This document shows positions 55,648 through 64,000 of a stretch of 64,000 nt of DNA, in pieces. The notes beneath the pieces were generated by a model. That model was given only the letters and a program-made list of their open reading frames with translations. It had not been told where the DNA came from and made no database searches. This DNA is from the human T2T-CHM13v2.0 reference genome, Homo sapiens. The stretch lies in NCBI RefSeq assembly GCF_009914755.1, contig NC_060935.1; one strand, written 5' to 3'. Within the stretch, counting starts at the first letter, position 1. Each line of letters starts with the position of its first letter. Position numbers and translations under genes: made by a program.

Positions 55648-57591
55648 GGAAGCATGCTGAGAAACTTCTTTGTGATGTTTGCATTCAACTCACAGAGTTG
55701 AACCTTGCTTTCATAGTTCAGCTTTCAAACACTCTTTTTGTAGAATCTGCAAGTGGATATTTGGACCACTTTGTGGCCTTCCTTCGAAACGGGTATATCT
55801 TCACATCAAACCTAGACAGAAGCATTCTCAGAATGTTTCCTGTGATGACTGCATTCAACTCACAGAGGTGAACAATCCTGCTGATGGAGCAATTTTGAAA
55901 CTCTCTTTCTTTGGATTCTGCAAGTGGATATGTGGACCTCTGTGAAGATTTCGTTGGAAACGGGTTCATCTTCACAGAAAAACTAAACAGAAGCATTCTC
56001 AGAAACTGCTTTGTGATGTTTGTGTTCCACTTCAGGAATTGAACTTTCCTCTTGACAGAGCAGCTCTGAAACCCTCTTATTCTAGAATCTGCAAGTGGAC
56101 ATTTGGAGGGCTTTGAGGCCTGTGGTGGAAAAGGAAAATCTTCACATAAAAACTAGATGGAAGCATTCTCAGAAACTACTTTGTGATGATTGCATTCGAC
56201 TCACAGAGTTGAACATTCCTATAGATAGAGCAGGTTGTAAACAATCTTTTTGTAGAATCTGCGATTGGAGATTTGGACTGCTTTGAGTCCTACTGTAGTA
56301 AAGGAAATAACTTCATCTAAAAACCAAACGGAAGCATTCACAGACAATTCTTAGTGATCATTGGATTGAACTAACAGAGCTGAACATTCCTTTAGATGGA
56401 GCAGTTTCCAAACCCACTTTCTGTAGAATCTGCAAGTGGATATTTGGACTTCTCTGAGGATTTCGTTGGAAACGGGATAAACTTCCCAGAACTACACGGA
56501 AGCATTGTGAGAAACTTCTTTGTGATGTTTGCATTCAACTCACAGAGTTGAACCTTGCTTTCATAGTTCAGCTTTCAAACACTCTTTTTGTAGAATCTGC
56601 AAGTGGATATTTGGACCACTTTGTGGCCTTCCTTCGAAACGGGTATATCTTCACATCAAACCTAGACAGAAGCATTCTCAGAATGTTTCCTGTGATGACT
56701 GCATTCAACTCACAGAGGTGAACAATCCTGCTGATGGAGCAATTTTGAAACTCTCTTTCTTTGGATTCTGCAAGTGGATATGTGGACCTCTGTGAAGATT
56801 TCGTTGGAAACGGGTTCATCTTCACAGAAAAACTAAACAGAAGCATTCTCAGAAACTGCTTTGTGATGTTTGTGTTCCACTTCAGGAATTGAACTTTCCT
56901 CTTGACAGAGCAGCTCTGAAACCCTCTTATTCTAGAATCTGCAAGTGGACATTTGGAGGGCTTTGAGGCCTGTGGTGGAAAAGGAAAATCTTCACATAAA
57001 AACTAGATGGAAGCATTCTCAGAAACTACTTTGTGATGATTGCATTCGACTCACAGAGTTGAACATTCCTATAGATAGAGCAGGTTGTAAACAATCTTTT
57101 TGTAGAATCTGCGATTGGAGATTTGGACTGCTTTGAGTCCTACTGTAGTAAAGGAAATAACTTCATCTAAAAACCAAACGGAAGCATTCACAGACAATTC
57201 TTAGTGATCATTGGATTGAACTAACAGAGCTGAACATTCCTTTAGATGGAGCAGTTTCCAAACCCACTTTCTGTAGAATCTGCAAGTGGATATTTGGACT
57301 TCTCTGAGGATTTCGTTGGAAACGGGATAAACTTCCCAGAACTACACGGAAGCATTGTGAGAAACTTCTTTGTGATGTTTGCATTCAACTCACAGAGTTG
57401 AACCTTGCTTTCATAGTTCAGCTTTCAAACACTCTTTTTGTAGAATCTGCAAGTGGATATTTGGACCACTTTGTGGCCTTCCTTCGAAACGGGTATATCT
57501 TCACATCAAACCTAGACAGAAGCATTCTCAGAATGTTTCCTGTGATGACTGCATTCAACTCACAGAGGTGAACAATCCTGCTGATGGAGCA
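55648..57591 (+). repeat. Single-HOR tandem duplication (850 bp)
   Basis: GCAATTTTG (55892, 56742) and GAGTCC (56288, 57138) appear in adjacent units. The paralogous region at 39.5-40.4 kb has one such unit. Confidence 0.8.
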
Positions 57592-60500
57592 GTTTTGAAA
57601 CTCTCTTTCTTTGGATTCTACAAGTGGATATGTGGACCTCTGTGAAGATTTCGTTGGAAACGGGTTCATCTTCACAGAAAAACTAAACAGAAGCATTCTC
57701 AGAAACTGCTTTGTGATGTTTGTGTTCCACTTCAGGAATTGAACTTTCCTCTTGACAGAGCAGCTCTGAAACCCTCTTATTCTAGAATCTGCAAGTGGAC
57801 ATTTGGAGGGCTTTGAGGCCTGTGGTGGAAAAGGAAAATCTTCACATAAAAACTAGATGGAAGCATTCTCAGAAACTACTTTGTGATGATGGCTTTCGAC
57901 TCACAGAGTTGAACATTCCTATAGATAGAGCAGGTTGTAAACAATCTTTTTGTAGAATCTGCGATTGGAGATTTGGACTGCTTTGAGGCCTATTGTAGTA
58001 AAGGAAATAACTTCATCTAAAAACCAAACGGAAGCATTCACAGACAATACTTAGTGATCATTGGATTGAACTAACAGAGCTGAACATTCCTTTAGATGGA
58101 GCAGTTTCCAAACACACTTTCTGTAGAATCTGCAAGTGGATATTTGGACTTCTCTGAGGATTTCGTTGGAAACGGGATAAAATTCCCAGAACTACACGGA
58201 AGCATTCTGAGAAACTTCTTTGTAATGTTTGCATTCAACTCACAGAGTTGAACCTTGCTTTCATAGTTCAGCTTTCAAACACTCTTTTTGTACAATCTGC
58301 AAGTGGATATTTGGACCACTTTGTGGCCTTCCTTCGAAACGGGTATATCTTCATATCAAACCTAGACAGAAGCATTCTCAGAATGTTTCCTGTGATGACT
58401 GCATTCAACTCACAGAGGTGAACAATCCTGCTGATGGAGCAGTTTTGAAACTCTCTTTCTTTGGATTCTGCAAGTGGATATGTGGACCTCTGTGAAGATT
58501 TCGTTGGAAACGGGTTCATCTTCACAGAAAAACTAAACAGGAGCATTCTCAGAAAGTGCTTTGTGATGTTTGTGTTCCACTTCAGGAATTGAACTTTCCT
58601 CTTGACAGAGCAGCTCTGAAACCCTCTTTTTCTAGAATCTGCAAGTGGACATTTGGAGGGCTTTGAGGCCTGTGGTGGAAAAGGAAAATCTTCACATAAA
58701 AACTAGATGGAAGCATTCTCAGAAACTACTTTGTGATGATTGCATTCGACTCACAGAGTTGAACATTCCTATAGATAGAGCAGGTTGTAAACAATCTTTT
58801 TGTAGAATCTGCGATTGGAGATTTGGACTGCTTTGAGGCCTACTGTAGTAAAGGAAATAACTTCATCTAAAAACCAAACGGAAGCATTCACAGACAATTC
58901 TTAGTGATCATTGGATTGAACTAACAGAGTTGAACATTCCTTTAGATGGCGCAGTCTCCAAACACACTTTCTGTAGAATCTGCAAGTGGATATTTGGACT
59001 TCTCTGAGGATTTCGTTGGAAACGGGATAAACTTCCCAGAACTACACGGAAGCATTGTGAGAAACTTCTTTGTGATGTTTGCATTCAACTCACAGAGTTG
59101 AACCTTGCTTTCATAGTTCAGCTTTCAAACCCTCTTTTTGTAGAATCTGCAAGTGGATATTTGGGCCACTTTGTGGCCTTCCTTCGAAACGGGTATATCT
59201 TCACATCAAACCTAGACAGAAGCATTCTCAGAATGTTTCCTGTGATGACTGCATTCAACTCACAGAGGTGAACAATCCTGCTGATGGAGCAGTTTTGAAA
59301 CTCTCTTTCTTTGGATTCTGCAAGTGGATATGTGGACCTCTGTGAAGATTTCGTTGGAAACGGGTTCATCTTCACAGAAAAACTAAACAGGAGCATTCTC
59401 AGAAACTGCTTTGTGATGTTTGTGTTCCACTTCAAGAATTGAACTTTCCTCTTGACAGAGCAGCTCTGAAACCCTATTTTTCTAGAATCTGCAAGTGGAC
59501 ATTTGGAGGGCTTTGAGGCCTGTGGTGGAAAAGGAAAATCTTCACATAAAAACTAGATGGAAGCATTCTCAGAAACTACTTTGTGATGATTGCATTCGAC
59601 TCACAGAGTTGAACATTCCTATAGATAGAGCAGGTTGTAAACAATCTTTTTCTAGAATCTGCGATTGGAGATTTGGACAGCTTTGAGGCCTACTGTAGTA
59701 AAGGAAATAACTTCATCTAAAAACCAAACGGAAGCATTCACAGACAATTCTTAGTGATCATTGGATTGAACTAACAGAGCTGAACATTCCTTTAGATGGA
59801 GCAGTTTCCAAACCCACTTTCTGTAGAATCTGCAAGTGGATATTTGGACTTCTCTGAGGATTTCGTTGGAAACGGGATAAACTTCCCAGAACTACAGGGA
59901 AGCATTGTGAGAAACTTCTTTGTGATGTTTGCATTCAACTCACAGAGTTGAACCTTGCTTTCATAGTTCAGCTTTCAAACACTCTTTTTGTAGAATCTGC
60001 AAGTGGATATTTGGACCACTTTGTGGCCTTCCTTCGAAACGGGTATATCTTCACATCAAACCTAGACAGAAGCATTCTCAGAATGTTTCCTGTGAAGACT
60101 GCATTCAACTCACAGAGATGAACAATCCTGTTGATGGAGCACTTTGGAAACTCTCTTTCTTGGGATTCTGCAAGTTGATATGTGGACCTCTGTGAAGATT
60201 TCGTTGGAAACGGGTTCATCTTCACAGAAAAACTAAACAGAAGCATTCTCAAAAACTACTTTGTGATGTTTGTGTTCCACTTCAAGAATTGAACTTTCCT
60301 CTTGACAGAGCAGCTCTGAAAACCTCTTTTTCTAGAATCTGCAAGTGGACATTTGGAGGGCTTTGAGGCCTGTGGTGGAAAAGGAAAATCTTCACATAAA
60401 AACTAGATGGAAGCATTCTCAGAAACTACTTTGTGATGATTGCATTCGACTCACAGAGTTGAACATTCCTATAGATAGAGCAGGTTGTAAACAATCTTTT

Positions 60501-63500
60501 TGTAGAAAATGCGATTGGAGATTTGGACTGCTTTGAGGCCTACTGTAGTAAAGGAAATAACTTCATCTAAAAACCAAACGGAAGCATTCACACACAATTC
60601 TTAGTGATCATTGGATTGAACTAACAGAGCTGAACATTCCTTTAGATGGAGCAGTTTCCAAACCCACTTTCTGTAGAATCTGCAAGTGGATATTTGGACT
60701 TCTCTGAGGATTTCGTTGGAAACGGGATAAACTTCCCAGAACTACACGGAAGCATTGTGAGAAACTTCTTTGTGATGTTTGCATTCAACTCACAGAGTTG
60801 AACCTTGCATTCATAGTTCAGCTTTCAAACACTCTTTTTGTAGAATCTGCAAGTGGATATTTGGACCACTTTGTGGCCTTCCTTCGAAACGGGTATATCT
60901 TCACATCAAACCTAGACAGAAGCATTCTCAGAATGTTTCCTGTGATGACTGCATTCAACTCACAGAGGTGAACAATCCTGCTGATGGAGCAGTTTTGAAA
61001 CTCTCTTTCTTTGGATTCTACAAGTGGATATGTGGACCTCTGTGAAGATTTCGTTGGAAACGGGTTCATCTTCACAGAAAAACTAAACAGGAGCATTCTC
61101 AGAAACTGCTTTGTGATGTTTGTGTTCCACTTCAGGAATTGAACTTTCCTCTTGACAGAGCAGCTCTGAAACCCTCTTATTCTAGAATCTGCAAGTGGAC
61201 ATTTGGAGGGCTTTGAGGCCTGTGGTGGAAAAGGAAAATCTTCACATAAAAACTAGATGGAAGCATTCTCAGAAACTACTTTGTGATGATGGCTTTCGAC
61301 TCACAGAGTTGAACATTCCTATAGATAGAGCAGGTTGTAAACAATCTTTTTGTAGAATCTGCGATTGGAGATTTGGACTGCTTTGAGGCCTACTGTAGTA
61401 AAGGAAATAACTTCATCTAAAAACCAAACGGAAGCATTCACAGACAATACTTAGTGATCATTGGATTGAACTAACAGAGCTGAACATTCCTTTAGATGGC
61501 GCAGTTTCCAAACACACTTTCTGTAGAATCTGCAAGTGGATATTTGGACTTCTCTGAGGATTTCGTTGGAAACGGGATAAAATTCCCAGAACTACACGGA
61601 AGCATTCTGAGAAACTTCTTTGTAATGTTTGCATTCAACTCACAGAGTTGAACCTTGCTTTCATAGTTCAGCTTTCAAACACTCTTTTTGTACAATCTGC
61701 AAGTGGATATTTGGACCACTTTGTGGCCTTCCTTCGAAACGGGTATATCTTCATATCAAACCTAGACAGAAGCATTCTCAGAATGTTTCCTGTGATGACT
61801 GCATTCAACTCACAGAGGTGAACAATCCTGCTGATGGAGCAGTTTTGAAACTCTCTTTCTTTGGATTCTGCAAGTGGATATGTGGACGTCTGTGAAGATT
61901 TCGTTGGAAACGGGTTCATCTTCACAGAAAAACTAAACAGGAGCATTCTCAGAAAGTGCTTTGTGATGTTTGTGTTCCACTTCAGGAATTGAACTTTCCT
62001 CTTGACAGAGCAGCTCTGAAACCCTCTTTTTCTAGAATCTGCAAGTGGACATTTGGAGGGCTTTGAGGCCTGTGGTGGAAAAGGAAAATCTTCACATAAA
62101 AACTAGATGGAAGCATTCTCAGAAACTACTTTGTGATGATTGCATTCGACTCACAGAGTTGAACATTCCTATAGATAGAGCAGGTTGTAAACAATCTTTT
62201 TGTAGAATCTGCGATTGGAGATTTGGACTGCTTTGAGGCCTACTGTAGTAGAGGAAATAACTTCATCTAAAAACCAAACGGAAACATTCACAGACAATTC
62301 TTAGTGATCATTGCATTGAACTAACAGAGCTGAACATTCCTTTAGATGGAGCAGTTTCCAAACACACTTTCTGTAGAATCTGCAAGTGGATATTTGGACT
62401 TCTCTGAGGATTTCGTTGGAAACGGGATAAACTTCCCAGAACTACACGGAAGCATTCTGAGAAACTTCTTTGTGATGTTTGCATTCAACTCACAGAGTTG
62501 AACCTTGCTTTCATAGTTCAGCTTTCAAACACTCTTTTTGTAGAATCTGCAAGTGGATATTTGGACCACTTTGTGGCCTTCCTTCGAAACGGGTATATCT
62601 TCACATCAAACCTAGACAGAAGCATTCTCAGAATGTTTCCTGTGATGACTGCATTCAACTCACAGAGGTGAACAATCCTGTTGATGGAGCAGTTTTGAAA
62701 CTCTCTTTCTTTGGATTCTGCAAGTTGATATGTGGACCTCTGTGAAGATTTCGTTGGAAACGGGTTCATCTTCACAGAAAAACTAAACAGAATCATTCTC
62801 AGAAACTGCTTTGTGATGTTTGTGTTCCACTTCAAGAATTGAACTTTCCTCTTGACAGAGCAGCTCTGAAACCCTCTTATTCTAGAATCTGCAAGTGGAC
62901 ATTTGGAGGGCTTTGGGGTCTGTGGTGGAAAAGGAAAATCTTCACATAAAAACTAGATGGAAGCATTCTCAGAAACTACTTTGTGATGATTGCATTCGAC
63001 TCACAGAGTTGAACATTCCTATAGATAGAGCAGGTTGTAAACAATCTTTTTGTAGAATCTGCGATTGGAGATTTGGACTGCTTTGAGGCCTACTGTAGTA
63101 AAGGAAATAACTTCATCTAAAAACCAAACGGAAGCATTCACAGACAATTCTTAGTGATCATTGCATTGAACTAACAGAGCTGAACATTCCTTTAGATGGA
63201 GCAGTTTCCAAACACACTTTCTGTAGAATCTGCAAGTGGATATTTGGACTTCTCTGAGGATTTCGTTGGAAACGGGATAAACTTCCCAGAACTACACGGA
63301 AGCATTGTGAGAAACTTCTTTGTGATGTTTGCATTCAACTCACAGAGTTGAACCTTGCTTTCATAGTTCAGCTTTCAAACACTCTTTTTGTAGAATCTGC
63401 AAGTGGATATTTGGACCACTTTGTGGCCTTCCTTCGAAACGGGTATATCTTCACATCAAACCTAGACAGAAGCATTCTCAGAATGTTTCCTGTGAAGACT

Positions 63501-64000
63501 GCATTCAACTCACAGAGATGAACAATCCTGTTGATGGAGCACTTTGGAAACTCTCTTTCTTGGGATTCTGCAAGTTGATATGTGGACCTCTGTGAAGATT
63601 TCTTTGGAAACGTGTTCATCTTCAGAGAAAAACTAAACAGAAGCATTCTCAAAAACTACTTTGTGATGTTTGTGTTCCACTTCAAGAATTGAACTTTCCT
63701 CTTGACAGAGCAGCTCTGAAAACCTCTTTTTCTAGAATCTGCAAGTGGACATTTGGAGGGCTTTGAGGCCTGTGGTGGAAAAGGAAAATCTTCACATAAA
63801 AACTAGATGGAAGCATTCTCAGAAACTACTTTGTGATGATTGCATTCGACTCACAGAGTTGAACATTCCTATAGATAGAGCAGGTTGTAAACAATCTTTT
63901 TGTAGAATCTGCGATTGGAGATTTGGACTGCTTTGAGGCCTACTGTAGTAGAGGAAATAACTTCATCTAAAAACCAAACGGAAGCATTCACAGACAATTC

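Larger units (their letters stand above)
33044..57734 (+). repeat. 9-HOR (7650 bp) tandem duplication whose second copy has expanded to 20 HORs
   Basis: The marker order of 33044-40734 restarts at about 40694 and finishes 17000 bp after the end of the first copy (TTCTACAA at 40620 and 57620). The marker CCTAGAAAGA occurs at 34561, 42211, 45611 and 50711. Confidence 0.87.
1..64000 (+). repeat. Alpha-satellite higher-order repeat array, 850-bp 5-mer HOR, about 75.3 tandem copies
   Basis: GACATTTGGA recurs at 1, 851, 1701 and so on. The ORF track repeats every 850 bp, with only three 1-bp phase shifts (about 9607, 15724, 20823). Alphoid motifs (AAGCATTCTCAGAAACT, CAACTCACAGAGTTGAAC, TGTAGAATCTGCAAGTGGATATTTGGA) recur about every 170 bp. 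Orientation is the same throughout. Confidence 0.99.
1..64000 (+). repeat. D11Z1: Probable identity: human chromosome 11 centromeric array D11Z1 (SF3 pentamer, S3C11H1L)
   Basis: Established knowledge: D11Z1 is a 5-monomer, about 850-bp XbaI-periodic SF3 HOR. Seen here: 850-bp period, one TCTAGA per unit (834-839, 1684-1689 and so on), two A-type and three B-type monomers. Not confirmed by alignment, so a great-ape SF3 pentamer array is not excluded. Confidence 0.85.

Noticed and set aside
432-63936. Repeating 63-, 88- and 92-105-aa ORFs on both strands
   Set aside because: They are translations of the satellite unit, mostly with TTG/GTG starts and no recognisable domain. Stops and frameshifts arise freely among copies.
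1-64000. CRISPR-like array of regularly spaced conserved motifs
   Set aside because: The intervening sequences are homologous monomers repeating every 850 bp, not unique spacers, and there are no cas genes.
1-64000. Transposon insertion, inversion or HOR with altered monomer number
   Set aside because: The 850-bp phase is unbroken apart from three 1-bp deletions. I saw no Alu or L1 sequence, poly(A) tail or strand switch.
1-64000. Calling this window the kinetochore site (CENP-A domain or methylation dip)
   Set aside because: That position is epigenetically defined. Homogeneity and CENP-B boxes suggest an active-type array but cannot locate the kinetochore.

Overview
The whole 64 kb window is primate centromeric alpha satellite. 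It holds about 75.3 head-to-tail copies of an 850-bp, five-monomer higher-order repeat (HOR), all in one orientation, with an A-A-B-B-B monomer pattern, two intact CENP-B boxes, one degenerate CENP-B box and one XbaI site per unit. This matches the suprachromosomal family 3 pentamer, most likely human chromosome 11 D11Z1 (S3C11H1L); that assignment is from recalled knowledge, not a database search. I found no genes, RNA genes, transposon insertions, inversions or HORs with altered monomer number, and every ORF in the track is a by-product of the repeat. I see no evidence for a new gene-based system. The informative signal is in the single-base variants. They show nested 1-, 3-, 4-, 5-, 6-, 7- and 9-HOR duplications, some with tightly mapped junctions, a one-sided accumulation of variants after one duplication, a monomer position that mutates repeatedly, and regional CENP-B box loss. 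All comparisons were made by eye and need alignment to confirm.
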